IMG/VR virus record: IMGVR_UViG_3300037483_001116
Coordinates: 64,001 to 128,000 of that record
Reading direction: 5' to 3' (one strand)
Length of the DNA stretch: 64,000 bases
Source: a virus
Shown here: piece by piece, positions 51,067 to 61,549 of the stretch
Layout: every line of letters starts with the position of its first letter
Numbering within the stretch: position 1 is the stretch's first letter
The notes under the pieces: model-generated
Databases searched by the model: none
What the model saw: only the letters and a program-made list of their open reading frames with translations
What the model was told of the DNA's origin: nothing
Translations under genes and position numbers: made by a program

Positions 51067-54000
51067 ATGCTGCATATCGTGCAGCAAAGCGCGGAGGTGA
51101 TTCCCATCGGGTCATATAATCCTCATCTCCCTCAGATCCTTGGCCAGGAGTGGGTGCCGATCCGGGATGTGGGGCTCGTATACTCGCCTGGCGTTAACGC
51201 CGTAGAGCAGGGTGTCGCTTACACGCAAACGACCACCGAGCGCATACGCGACGCTCGCTTCTACGTCAACGAGATGCCCCAAAACATCAACGGGGCGCTG
51301 TACCAGGTCGGCCTTGTCAACATTTACCCAAATGGTAACGAGGCCCTTATCGGCCCGATTCGAGAAGTCATCATTCCCTGTAACAGTGGGTCGGTCACCG
51401 GCACAACGGTTTCAATTAACGGCCTCGGTACAGTCGCTGACGCGGTGGGGCAGCCGGGTGACGGGAAACGGATCCTCATACGAGGTCCGGCGGCTGGAGA
51501 GAAAAGTATTGACTTCTACTTTGCCACCAGCCAGTATGCGCAGCTCCTTCAGGGCAAGAGAATACTCAATGTCTCGCTGCTGTATGGCGGGGTTATACAA
51601 GACGTTCTTGACTGCTCTACGTGCTTTACGGAGTTCGTTAACCCACTGTTGGGCCAGTTTCCTTCCGTCACCTCTATTTCGCAGTACAACGACGCAGGGC
51701 AGGGTGTCACATTCAGTCCCGAGGTTGTCCTCAACAATACGGGAACACTTAACCTTGCGGCCTCAGTCGACAACCCGGCCCATGATTCCAGCTCATCGCA
51801 AACGATAAATGCGCTGGATCTGGGCGATGTAAATAACTTCTGGGACCCGGCCTCGCCCCCATTCCTGACGAATATCGGCGAACGTATCATGCCGTGGACA
51901 TATGCGGCATTGGCCCGACTCGAAGCATCGGCGACAAATCGTCAGAGAATACTCCTGAGAATAAACCTGCCCACAACGGCAGGGACCGCCCTCGACTCAG
52001 GAATACCGCAGATAAGGCTGGACTACATAGCCTTGAGGGTTATCTTCTGCGAAGAGACTCGGGTTGCCTACGGCGGCCAGGCATTCCGGTACAGGCTCGG
52101 TGGAAACACGGTCCGACTGCGGGATGCAGCTAGCACAACCGACGATCCTGTCATTGTTCCTGGCCCATACCTCCCGACCCTGTCCTTCGTCAGTCCCGGA
52201 AAGCTCGACTTTGGTCGCTCCATCAGCGGAAGCTTCCCGACACTGAACGCAGTACGACAGCTGTATGAAATTCCGTCACACCCAGCAGTCCAGCTCAATA
52301 TCCCGTTCCCGTTGGAAGACAGAATCGGCGAAACATTTACCGAACAGTCAACGGCCATCCTGCCGCAGCTGTCGCTTCACGCGTCCGGAGGTACCCTCCT
52401 CAACCCCCACGTCTACGGACGTCAAGATGTTGCGCAGGTTTTTGGATCCGTCACAGCGACCCAGGACATTCTCGATGGCCCGGTAGGCGGAGCAACGACC
52501 TTCCCGTGGGTTCGTTTCTACTGTCGTCGATGGGGGAGCACCACGATCCCGCTAATGCTCGACTCCCCGACGATTGCCGGATCCAGCGTCAGCATCACAC
52601 CAAGCGAATTCGATGCCCTGGACGAGGTCCTCGACGGCTGGAAAGCGGTCTCTCTGAGATTCACCACGCCCCCCACCATGGGCGCCGGCACCAATCCGAT
52701 TTGGCGGTGGTCGGCAACGGGCGAACTGGCCGGAAATCGATGGGAAATTCTCGGCTGCCAGGCATTTGCCATCTCCGGCGACATCCCGGGAAGCTATACC
52801 ACTCCCATCCCCAGTCCTAACAAGCTGACCGTTGCCACGTACGGGCAGCCAGTGTCGGGCGCTGGCATCAACCTAGCCTGGGTCTCGTGGAACGGACCGT
52901 ATGTCTCAGGGTCTACGGACGACGAGACGTCCGACGCCACCTTGATCTTCGCCCAGGACATGCCAGCGGTCACCGGCTTCTCGGTCAGCATCCAGAGTCA
53001 GGCGCTCACCGGCATCGGTCAGGAGTGTGGGATTGATCCGTGTGGGATTCCAACACGCATTCTGTACCCACTCCCGACCTGGGGCGCCTACGCGAACTCG
53101 GCGGTCGTGTCGGACTCTTTCAGTCGGGCCGCAACTGGTTGGGCAAGCGCAGACTCAGGGCAGGTGTACACCGACAGTGGTGGAACTGTCGAAGGTGACT
53201 ACATTACGACGGGCACTAGAGGTACACATACACTGACGACCGTCAATGTAGTTCGACATTCGACCTTGGACAGCACGTTCGCCACCAACTCGCACCATCG
53301 AGTGAAGATCTCCACCAACGGCATCTCGACTGGAGCATCGGTGCGCGGTGCCGTGCAGTTCAATACTGCCGACACCAGCAATTACGACTTCGTCGACCTG
53401 CAGTTCGCTACGTCGCAGACCGCAGAAATAGTTATCGCCAGAATGGTCGCGGGCGTCAGCACTGATATCACCAGCGTCTCGGCCGGCTTCTACGGCGCCG
53501 ATCAAGAGTGGTGGCTTGACGTCGACGTGGCCGTAGACGGCACTATCCGCGCCAAGGCGTGGCCAGTCGGGAACCAGGAGCCCTCGTCCTATCAGGCCAC
53601 TACGACAGCAACGTTCACCAGTGGCGCCGTCGGGCTACGTTCCATTCGATCAACCGGTAATACAAATCCAACCACCCCGGTCATCAGCTTCGGGGACTAC
53701 TCCGTCAGCGCCTCGACCTGGAACTTTGGCTACCTTGAACTCCAGCGCAGTGACGAGCTAACGGACTGGGCCACGATCATGAAGGCGACCAGTCCGGCCA
53801 TCACCAGCTTCAGGGACTACGAGGCCCGGGTCGGCATGTCCAGTAGCTACCGCATCCGCGGCGTGGACGTATACGATTTCGCCGGCCCATGGTCAAGCAC
53901 CGTCAGCATTAGCACCATGGCTCCGGGCGTCAGCGGCTCCTGCCTGGACCAGGCACACGTCATGATCTTCACGACCAACGAACACCAAAGCGGCTACTCA

Positions 54001-54393
54001 AACCTGGCCTATTCCAACGCCTGGGAGGACACCGTCAGCGAAGACTTCGGGTTTGCCGAAGCCGGCTTCACGCAGCTGCAGCCGATGTACAACCGGGACT
54101 TCTTCACCGCCTTCCGGCCGACGGAGCGAGGCGGTGAACAGTTCACCAGATCGCTCCTCGTCCAGGCCGCGGCAATTGCGCCGGAGACCCTGGGAGATTT
54201 CCAGTCGCTGCGCGACATGGCCTGGACGCAGGTCCCGTATATCTGCGTCCGGGACGAGGACGGGAACCGGTGGCTGGCCAACGTCACCGTACCTAACGGC
54301 GTGGTCCAGAACCGGCGCCGGCTGTACCTGGCCTCAGTCGGGATTGTCGAGGTCACCGATACCCCATCGCCCGTGGACCCGTCGTGGCCCTAA
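51067..54393 (+). CDS. minor tail / baseplate protein
   Basis: 1108 aa, beta-rich, after the tape measure; DSFSR..GW, RAKAWPVGNQEP, FRDYEARVG, ICVRDEDGNRW. Confidence 0.75.
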   Translation: MLHIVQQSAEVIPIGSYNPHLPQILGQEWVPIRDVGLVYSPGVNAVEQGVAYTQTTTERIRDARFYVNEMPQNINGALYQVGLVNIYPNGNEALIGPIREVIIPCNSGSVTGTTVSINGLGTVADAVGQPGDGKRILIRGPAAGEKSIDFYFATSQYAQLLQGKRILNVSLLYGGVIQDVLDCSTCFTEFVNPLLGQFPSVTSISQYNDAGQGVTFSPEVVLNNTGTLNLAASVDNPAHDSSSSQTINALDLGDVNNFWDPASPPFLTNIGERIMPWTYAALARLEASATNRQRILLRINLPTTAGTALDSGIPQIRLDYIALRVIFCEETRVAYGGQAFRYRLGGNTVRLRDAASTTDDPVIVPGPYLPTLSFVSPGKLDFGRSISGSFPTLNAVRQLYEIPSHPAVQLNIPFPLEDRIGETFTEQSTAILPQLSLHASGGTLLNPHVYGRQDVAQVFGSVTATQDILDGPVGGATTFPWVRFYCRRWGSTTIPLMLDSPTIAGSSVSITPSEFDALDEVLDGWKAVSLRFTTPPTMGAGTNPIWRWSATGELAGNRWEILGCQAFAISGDIPGSYTTPIPSPNKLTVATYGQPVSGAGINLAWVSWNGPYVSGSTDDETSDATLIFAQDMPAVTGFSVSIQSQALTGIGQECGIDPCGIPTRILYPLPTWGAYANSAVVSDSFSRAATGWASADSGQVYTDSGGTVEGDYITTGTRGTHTLTTVNVVRHSTLDSTFATNSHHRVKISTNGISTGASVRGAVQFNTADTSNYDFVDLQFATSQTAEIVIARMVAGVSTDITSVSAGFYGADQEWWLDVDVAVDGTIRAKAWPVGNQEPSSYQATTTATFTSGAVGLRSIRSTGNTNPTTPVISFGDYSVSASTWNFGYLELQRSDELTDWATIMKATSPAITSFRDYEARVGMSSSYRIRGVDVYDFAGPWSSTVSISTMAPGVSGSCLDQAHVMIFTTNEHQSGYSNLAYSNAWEDTVSEDFGFAEAGFTQLQPMYNRDFFTAFRPTERGGEQFTRSLLVQAAAIAPETLGDFQSLRDMAWTQVPYICVRDEDGNRWLANVTVPNGVVQNRRRLYLASVGIVEVTDTPSPVDPSWP

Positions 54394-55439
54394 CCACCAT
54401 TCCTTTTGATCCGGTCCTGGATCTGGCGCCCTGGGTCGGCCAGCGCAGTAGCACCTTCCGGTTTCGGCTCGTAAACGCCGTCACCGGCGAGAGGCTAGGT
54501 GACATCCATCCGATACGTGGAGGAAGTCTCACCCACGACACGTCGCGCATTATCAAGCGCCAGTTAAATATCTCCCTCGGGACGCAAGACACGGCAGCTG
54601 TAAACCCAATCACGGACCGGATAGAACTGTCCATGGTCGTGAACGACGTCGAGTGGCCCCTTGGCCGCTACATGTTCACGGACCAGACCAAGCAGGTTTT
54701 CACATCCGGTAACCTGTCGAACGTGGTGCTGAACGATGAGATGTTCTTGGTGGACCAGGAGGTCACTAACGGCATCAATTCGGTTGGCTTCAGCATCGCC
54801 GTGACCCTCAATGTGCTCCTGGGGGAATTACCCATCGAGTACACGCTCGAACCGAGTCCGTATATTTCGGCTGGGGCGTGGAGTAGGGGGCAGACAAGGG
54901 GCTCGATTCTGGAGTCCCTTGCCGTAGCCGGGGACCTGTTCTCGCCATGGTTCGGCAACGACAGCGCGATGCACTTCATCCGAACCTTCAACCCAGCTAA
55001 CCAGATACCGGCGTTCGATTTCGACTCCGGATACAAGGTGCTCCGGGAGGGGATTTCTGAAACCTCCGACCTGCTTACTGCGCCCAACAGGTTCGTGGTC
55101 ATATCTAACTCGCCGAATAATCCTGACGTTCAGGTTGTCGCAGTAGCTGATGTTCCACAGAACGCGCCGAACTCGTTCATCAATAGGGGGTTCATCATCG
55201 CGAAGACGGAAGATCTTCAGCTGACAGACGTCGGCCAGGCACTTGCGGTTGCGCAGGGATTGGTCAACCGCCAGACAATCTTCGAACGAGTCACCCTGAC
55301 CACAGCCCCCGATCCACGCCACGACTCTTATAACGTAATCCTGTGGCAGGGAGAACTCTGGTTGGAGTTAGCCTGGAGCCTGGACCTGGCCGAGGGCGGA
55401 ACTATGACTCACGTGATCCGTAGGGGGTACCCAACCTAA
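54384..55439 (+). CDS. minor tail protein (hub-like)
   Basis: EWPLGRYMF; APNRFVVI; synteny. Confidence 0.7.
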   Translation: MALTTIPFDPVLDLAPWVGQRSSTFRFRLVNAVTGERLGDIHPIRGGSLTHDTSRIIKRQLNISLGTQDTAAVNPITDRIELSMVVNDVEWPLGRYMFTDQTKQVFTSGNLSNVVLNDEMFLVDQEVTNGINSVGFSIAVTLNVLLGELPIEYTLEPSPYISAGAWSRGQTRGSILESLAVAGDLFSPWFGNDSAMHFIRTFNPANQIPAFDFDSGYKVLREGISETSDLLTAPNRFVVISNSPNNPDVQVVAVADVPQNAPNSFINRGFIIAKTEDLQLTDVGQALAVAQGLVNRQTIFERVTLTTAPDPRHDSYNVILWQGELWLELAWSLDLAEGGTMTHVIRRGYPT

Positions 55440-56176
55440 TGGATATGGATCGGTTCACACAGCAGATCCCCAACCTCGTTGGGGCTGGCGTTCAAGCGGT
55501 CGTGGAAAATGCAAATCGGCTTGGGTTGACATGGATTCTCCGTCTAGCGACGGTTGGAAGTTCCACTGACGGACCATCAACTATGGCCACCTATGACGGA
55601 GATACTGTCCCCATCGCCGTAACGAATATGACCGGGTTTTTCCTGCCCCCGGGGGAGCGAGTATATATTCTGATCATTCCACCGTCGGGGAATTTCATTG
55701 TCGGCTTTGCCGGAGAAATGCAACAGCTGAGTCGTGGCCAGGTCGACTGGGTCGCGACTACCGCCAACTCGGCCTTCGTCGCCGCAGAGACAGTCGTGCT
55801 CACCGGCGCCAGCGTCATCTTCCGAGCCGGCCGCGCCTACGAGGTAATTTCCCAGTGTGTGACGGACGGAAGTATCGCCAGCAACTCGGCCGGTTACCGG
55901 GTTCGCCGCACCAACCTGGCCGGGACCCTGCTGATTGGGCCCGTGGACTATCTCATGAACACGACCCTGGGAATCTCACAGGAAAGCGGCCTGAGGTGGG
56001 TAGTGGTGAACGCCACCAGTGCGGATATCACCGACAACTTGGTGCTCACGCTGGCGGCAAGTAGCGGCGGCCCAGACACCGTCTCCAGTCGGGCCGGGGG
56101 AGCCGCTCGGCCCCGATTCATGGAGATCTACGACATCGGCGCCGCCGCCGATTACCCCGGCGCCAACCAGATCTAG
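55439..56176 (+). CDS. minor tail protein
   Basis: LPPGERVYIL..FIVG; FRAGRAYEV; C-terminal IYDIG. Confidence 0.7.
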   Translation: MDMDRFTQQIPNLVGAGVQAVVENANRLGLTWILRLATVGSSTDGPSTMATYDGDTVPIAVTNMTGFFLPPGERVYILIIPPSGNFIVGFAGEMQQLSRGQVDWVATTANSAFVAAETVVLTGASVIFRAGRAYEVISQCVTDGSIASNSAGYRVRRTNLAGTLLIGPVDYLMNTTLGISQESGLRWVVVNATSADITDNLVLTLAASSGGPDTVSSRAGGAARPRFMEIYDIGAAADYPGANQI

Positions 56177-56178
56177 GA

Positions 56179-56400
56179 GTGTCCACAGTGGCCCAACCCA
56201 AACCGATCCCTGCCACTGACCCGGTCGCCCAGGCGGGGCCCTACGAGGCCGTCGTGAACGGCACCTGTGCCCAGGGTCACCCCGTCAACGGCATGGGCCG
56301 CTGTCAACCCCTCAACGACGGCGCCGAGCGGCAGTTCACCCCGGTATCGGCGCACTCACCATCGATGGCTGTATTCGAGGGTCTTGGATTTACAAACTAG
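56179..56400 (+). CDS. hypothetical protein
   Basis: AGGAG RBS; CAQGH..GRC. Confidence 0.55.
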   Translation: MSTVAQPKPIPATDPVAQAGPYEAVVNGTCAQGHPVNGMGRCQPLNDGAERQFTPVSAHSPSMAVFEGLGFTN

Positions 56401-56434
56401 GCAAGGAGTCCGTGATGAGCATGGGTGGAAGCCA

Positions 56435-57533
56435 GTGAAGGTGTGCGTGATGCCAGCAGATACCGCTGGCTGCGGGTTTCTATCGACTTATCTGGGCGGC
56501 TGAGCACTTACAGAGCCTCGGGTACAACATCGAGATCCAGTACCCGAAGAGCAAGGGGTCGGGCGACGGCAGGGACACCGGCCTGGAGGTGCACTTCCGC
56601 GGCAATGTCGCCAACGACCCAAACGCCGAAATCGTCGACGTCAAAATCCCCAACGACGCCGATGTGCTCGTGATGCAGCGGCTGAGCCACAACTGGCACG
56701 GCCGAGTCGTCGAGATCCTGCGGTCCAAGGGCGTCGCCATGGTTATTGACATGGACGACGACCTAAGCTGCATCCATCCGGACAACAAGGCGTTCATCAA
56801 CTACCATCCCCGGAACCCAAAGACGCCGTACTCGTGGAAGAACGTCGAGCAGGCCTGCAAGGCGGCCACAATGGTCACAGTGTCCACGAAGCAGCTGATG
56901 GGCGTGTATGCCAGGCACGGCCGCGGGCACGTAATCGACAACTACGTGCCGGAACGGTACCTACGAATCAAGGCCGACCAGGACAAGGTGTTCGGCTGGC
57001 CTGGAACTACAGACAGCCACCCAAACGATCTGCAGGTGACGGGCGGTGCGGTACGGGAGCTGATCGACGCCGGCTACGAGTTCCGGGTCATCGGACCTAT
57101 TACTCAGGCGAAGGGCGCCCTTCGGTTGAAGGAGCAGCCGCCGCATACGGGCGTGGTACAGCTGGCCGACTGGGCCAGTGAAATCGCCAAGTTGCAGGTC
57201 ATGCTGGCCCCCTTGGCGACGACTCCCTTTAACAGCTCGAAATCGCGACTAAAAGCTTTGGAGGCAGCCGCGGTCGGCGTTCCCTGGGTCGGTTCCCCCC
57301 GGGCCGAGTATCGTCGCTTCCACAAAGAGTCCGGCGGCTCGGGTCTTCTTGTCGAAAACCGTAAAGAATGGTTCAAGGCCGTCAAGCAACTGATGGACGA
57401 CGCGTCGATGCGGCAGGACCTGGGGGAGAAGGGCCGCGCCTTCGTGCAGGATCAGACGGTGGAGAATAACTCGTGGCGTCTCTGGGAGGCCTGGACCCGG
57501 GCTTTTGAGATTCAGCGAAAGGGTGGCAAATGA
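56435..57533 (+). CDS. GT-B (family 4-like) glycosyltransferase; the full-length product needs a +1 frameshift at ~56477
   Basis: VIDMDDDL, VTVST, FNSSKSRLKALEAAAVGVP; N-terminus MKVCVMPADTAGCG is in another frame. Confidence 0.8.
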
Positions 57534-57703
57534 CATCAGTGTGGCAGCGTCCCCAGTGCGATACCAGCAACTGCGCCGAGGTGAAGGTCGAAAACGACAA
57601 GGTTTACCTACGCAGCTCCTCGAATCACCAGCTGGTCACCTTCAGCCTTGATGAGTGGAACATACTCAAGGCCGCAATCAAGGCGGGGGAATTCGACCAG
57701 TGA
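57530..57703 (+). CDS. DUF397-family protein (57 aa, not in the ORF track)
   Basis: W...CDTSNCAEV...VYLRSS...LVTFSLDEWNILKAAIKAGEFD. Confidence 0.85.
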   Translation: MTSVWQRPQCDTSNCAEVKVENDKVYLRSSSNHQLVTFSLDEWNILKAAIKAGEFDQ

Positions 57704-57721
57704 AGCTGACCCGGGACCAAG

Positions 57722-58414
57722 GTGCAGTGGCGGATGAGTATGGAGACTAATCTCCCTCGCGGTCGAGGGGCCCTGATTCTTGCCCATGGCCGGCAGGAGC
57801 TGCTGAACCAAACCATCGAGGCCATTCGGCCCCAAGTCGATACCGTAATGGTCATAGACAATGCCTCGGACCCGCCACTAAAGATCCCGGAAGGCGTCGG
57901 GTCCATTTTTGTCCCCGATCAACCTCCCGTTTTGTCTCGTTTCTGGAATATAGGCCTCGACTGGTTTGTCCAGTGGTACGACAGTCAGGGCCGTGGTCTT
58001 AACTACGACGTGGCGGTGTTGTGCGATGACGCCCCACCCCCGAACGGCTGGTTTGCCGCCGTCACCGAAGCGATGCGGGAGACGGGCGCCGTGGCTGGAT
58101 CGTCGAGCCCGTGGAGTCAGCCGCGAGTCATGAAATACGAGATGGACAGCGACATCAGGAACCGCATGTGTTCCTGGGCGTTCATCATGGATGGCGCATC
58201 AGGGGTTCGCGCAGACGAGTCTATGCACTGGTGGTATTTTGACACATCTATGGATATAGATTTACGAAGGACTGGGGGAACAGTCTTGATTGGAACGCAC
58301 CCGGTACAAAATATCCAGCCCAACTTTTTCACTGTCACAAAGCCGAATCTAAATGAGCAAGCGGGCCGAGATGGGGCACGATTCGCTGAACTTTATGGCA
58401 GGCTGCCTTGGTAG
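57722..58414 (+). CDS. glycosyltransferase family 2-like
   Basis: VMVIDNASDP; WNIGLD; VAVLCDD. Confidence 0.75.
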   Translation: MQWRMSMETNLPRGRGALILAHGRQELLNQTIEAIRPQVDTVMVIDNASDPPLKIPEGVGSIFVPDQPPVLSRFWNIGLDWFVQWYDSQGRGLNYDVAVLCDDAPPPNGWFAAVTEAMRETGAVAGSSSPWSQPRVMKYEMDSDIRNRMCSWAFIMDGASGVRADESMHWWYFDTSMDIDLRRTGGTVLIGTHPVQNIQPNFFTVTKPNLNEQAGRDGARFAELYGRLPW

Positions 58415-58977
58415 CCATAGAGTGCATTGAATGTCCTACGCCAGTCTATGGGCGAGGCTTATGTAAGAGACATTACGAATGGAAGCGTATACACGGACTT
58501 CTGGATGGGTTCGCTACCAAGAAACGTCCAGACATGGATCGCTACATGGAAAAGGTTGATAAAAACTGCGGGAGCGATGACTGCCATCCTTGGACGGGGT
58601 CCCTGGACGGATGCGGCTACGGATTTTTTCGAGTTGATCGCCGCATGGTAAGGGCTCATCGTTGGGCGTATGGAATGATGATCGAGCCACTGACTCCCGG
58701 CGAGGTGGTTCGTCATACCTGCGACAATCCACCATGCCAGAATCCGCGACATTGGATCAAGGGTTCGGTAAAAGACAACGTCCACGACATGATCCGTCGT
58801 GGACGCTCACCGGATCGGTCAGGTGGACGAAACGGAAGGGCAAAATTACTGGATCAGAACGTCCTTGAAATACGCGCCTCGGTTCTTGATCCAAAACAGT
58901 TAGCTATACGGTATGACGTGACCGTGACGAACATTCACGCGATCCAGAAACGACTCACCTGGAAGCATCTGCCATGA
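58408..58977 (+). CDS. HNH homing endonuclease
   Basis: CHPWTG..GYG..AHR..VRHTCDNPPCQNPRHW..DNVHDM; C-terminal HTH. Confidence 0.9.
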   Translation: MVAIECIECPTPVYGRGLCKRHYEWKRIHGLLDGFATKKRPDMDRYMEKVDKNCGSDDCHPWTGSLDGCGYGFFRVDRRMVRAHRWAYGMMIEPLTPGEVVRHTCDNPPCQNPRHWIKGSVKDNVHDMIRRGRSPDRSGGRNGRAKLLDQNVLEIRASVLDPKQLAIRYDVTVTNIHAIQKRLTWKHLP

Positions 58978-59174
58978 TCTCTACTATGGATCATCTCCCG
59001 TTCCCGGGAATCAGTGACGACCAGCGTCAGGTCCTAGTCCAGTGGCTGTACGCCGCAGCCGATCGTGAGTTCCATCGTCAGCGACAGGCGGCCAGGGCCC
59101 AGGATCGAGCCCGGCACGGCATCAGGGCCGGCGCACTTCGTGAATTCATTGATGAACTGACGAAGGGGTCGTAG
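58974..59174 (+). CDS. hypothetical protein
   Basis: ATGA overlap with the HNH gene. Confidence 0.5.
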   Translation: MISTMDHLPFPGISDDQRQVLVQWLYAAADREFHRQRQAARAQDRARHGIRAGALREFIDELTKGS

Positions 59175-59223
59175 TGGTGGTCAAGAACCAACGGGCCTTT
59201 GTGCAGAAACATGGCCGCGCGCC

Positions 59224-59844
59224 ATGGTGAACATCGCCTACGGCGTGTGTGTTGGCTCCCAGGAGAAGTTAGATCGCAATGTCGGTCCCCGGGTCAGCGA
59301 CCGGACGCTGTTCGCCATACCTGGAGAAGATTCCATTGCGTCCGTCTACAACGAAATTCTCGACACATGCCAAGAGCGGGGGGTCGACGCACTGGTTCTG
59401 CTACATGATGATCTGGAGATCCTAGATCCTGATGCCGAGGAAAAGTTCCTGAATGTGATCAATGAAGGCTCGGAAGTAATGCTTGTCGGTGTGGCTGGTG
59501 GTTCTGCTCGTCAGGGCCTGGCCTGGTGGAACGCTGACCCTGTTGGCCATCAACGTACCGACGTCATGGACATCGACTTTGGTCCGCGCGTCGGTGACGT
59601 CGATCTCCTTGAGGGCAGCATCTTGGTTTTCTCGTCCGAGGCAATCAGGAGGCTACGGTTCGACACCCGGTTTCCGGGCTTTCATGGGTACGACGAGATC
59701 GGGATGCAGGCAAATATGCTGGGCCGGGTCACCGTAACGGATGTGGATACGCACCACCACAGCCATATGGGCTTTAAGTCAGGGCAAAGTTATGCTGACT
59801 GGCTCTCCGCCGATCAGCTTTTCCGGGAAAAGTGGCAACTATGA
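59224..59844 (+). CDS. glycosyltransferase-like (GT-A, StrF-like)
   Basis: SIASVYNEILD..LLHDDLEI..VGVAG..FDTRFPGFHGYD. Confidence 0.8.
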   Translation: MVNIAYGVCVGSQEKLDRNVGPRVSDRTLFAIPGEDSIASVYNEILDTCQERGVDALVLLHDDLEILDPDAEEKFLNVINEGSEVMLVGVAGGSARQGLAWWNADPVGHQRTDVMDIDFGPRVGDVDLLEGSILVFSSEAIRRLRFDTRFPGFHGYDEIGMQANMLGRVTVTDVDTHHHSHMGFKSGQSYADWLSADQLFREKWQL

Positions 59845-61019
59845 AGCGGACGACATGCAGCGCCTGTGGCTGCGAGGATCTCGATCAGTTCCTTGATCTA
59901 GGTCTGTCTCCAGTCGCTGACGCGTACACAACGATCCCGGGGGAACCTTCGCCGGAGCTGCCCCTTCAGGTCGCCGTCTGCGCCAAGTGCAAGCTGGTGC
60001 AACTGCTTGAAGTGGTCGACGGTGGCACACTGTTCGGCACTGGGTACAGCTTCTACTCCTCGGCATCAGCCCCCCTGTCCGTCTACCACGAGAAGTATGC
60101 GTCCTCCGTCCTGGCCAAGCACCGCGGGCTCGCAGTTCATGGGGTCACTGAGATCGGCTGCAATGACGGTGATTTACTCCAGCACTTCGCCGCCGCGGGT
60201 TGTCCAACGTTCGGTATCGATCCGGCTTCTGGCCCCGTGGGTGTGGCCCGTGATCGGGGTCTGCGAGTACTCAATGTGGCCTTCAATGCGGATACTGCCG
60301 CCAACATGGAGGGCGGCGGTCAGGCCGGTGTCGTCATTGCCAACCACGTCCTGGCGCACGTAGAAGATGTATCCAGCGTTCTGAGCGGCATCTCGGTGCT
60401 GCTTCATAAAGACGGCATCGCAATAATCGAGGTGCAGTATTTACCTGACCTGCTGGTTAATAACGCATTCGATCTCGTTTACCACGAGCATAGGAACTTT
60501 TTCTCATTGACGTCCCTGGAGCAGGCGGCACTGCGGCACGGGCTGCATGTAGCTGAAGCCGAACTAACGGACCGGCAGGGCGGGTCACTACGGGTAACCC
60601 TGCGGCTGCAGGCAACGCCGAATCCAGCCGTTGATGCACTGCGCGCCTCAGAGCACTGGCTGAACAACTTCTCGGCATACGACGGGATGCAGGGACGAGC
60701 CGAACGAATCCGGACGCGGCTGCTCGACCTGCTGGCCGCACAAAAAGGTCCAGTGGCGGCATATGGGGCGCCGGCCAAGCTAACGACATTGATCTCGTTT
60801 TGCGGCCTAACGTCGTCCACCATCCAATGGTGCGTCGATACCACGCGAGCCAAGCAGAACCGGTACATCCCCGGGACTATTATCGAGATCGTCGCACCCG
60901 GAACGCGTCCAGATCCAGAGGCATATTTACTGGCCGCATGGAATTATGCGTCGTCCATCATGGCCGCCAATCCAGGTAACCGCTGGATTTTAGCCATACC
61001 GGCCCCGACATTGTTGTAA
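59841..61019 (+). CDS. SAM-dependent NDP-sugar C-methyltransferase-like protein
   Basis: CSAC..FLDLG..CAKCKLVQL; EIGCNDG; NHVLAHV; FDLVYHEH; YGAPAK; AWNYA. Confidence 0.88.
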   Translation: MKRTTCSACGCEDLDQFLDLGLSPVADAYTTIPGEPSPELPLQVAVCAKCKLVQLLEVVDGGTLFGTGYSFYSSASAPLSVYHEKYASSVLAKHRGLAVHGVTEIGCNDGDLLQHFAAAGCPTFGIDPASGPVGVARDRGLRVLNVAFNADTAANMEGGGQAGVVIANHVLAHVEDVSSVLSGISVLLHKDGIAIIEVQYLPDLLVNNAFDLVYHEHRNFFSLTSLEQAALRHGLHVAEAELTDRQGGSLRVTLRLQATPNPAVDALRASEHWLNNFSAYDGMQGRAERIRTRLLDLLAAQKGPVAAYGAPAKLTTLISFCGLTSSTIQWCVDTTRAKQNRYIPGTIIEIVAPGTRPDPEAYLLAAWNYASSIMAANPGNRWILAIPAPTLL

Positions 61020-61528
61020 TGGAGTATTGCGTGAAGCTGAATCTGGGTTGCGGCGATAGATACGCACCCGACTGGCATAATGTAGATTTTGCCGGATCGC
61101 CGCACCGAAAAGATGAGCAGGTGGACCTGCGGACGTCATCACTGCCATGGTCCGAGATCCAGCTTGCCTATGCAGGCCACCTCCTGGAGCACCTGTTTGT
61201 AGACGAGGTTATTACCCTGCTACAGGCGCTGCGCGGCTGCATGGCCGAAGATGGCGAGCTGATGGTAGTGGGTCCTGATGTCGTCCTGGCCCAGGGCATG
61301 GCTACCGCCGGCACATTGGACGTGACCATGGAGTCACTGACCAACGGCGGACACCGTTGGCACGGCGACGAACACCGCTGGCACTGTACGACCTGGGCCG
61401 TCGAGGCGCTGCTGCGAGTAAGCGGCTGGTCTGAGGTGACGCGTGTGGGAATCGCTAACGTGCCCGAGGTCTGGCCCGTGGCTGATCGACGACCACAGTG
61501 GCAATGCGCCGTGAGCGCTCGACCGTAG
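61019..61528 (+). CDS. class I SAM methyltransferase
   Basis: KLNLGCG..WHNVD..HLLEHL. Confidence 0.8.
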   Translation: MEYCVKLNLGCGDRYAPDWHNVDFAGSPHRKDEQVDLRTSSLPWSEIQLAYAGHLLEHLFVDEVITLLQALRGCMAEDGELMVVGPDVVLAQGMATAGTLDVTMESLTNGGHRWHGDEHRWHCTTWAVEALLRVSGWSEVTRVGIANVPEVWPVADRRPQWQCAVSARP

Positions 61529-61549
61529 ACAGGACCCCTGGAGCCCAGC

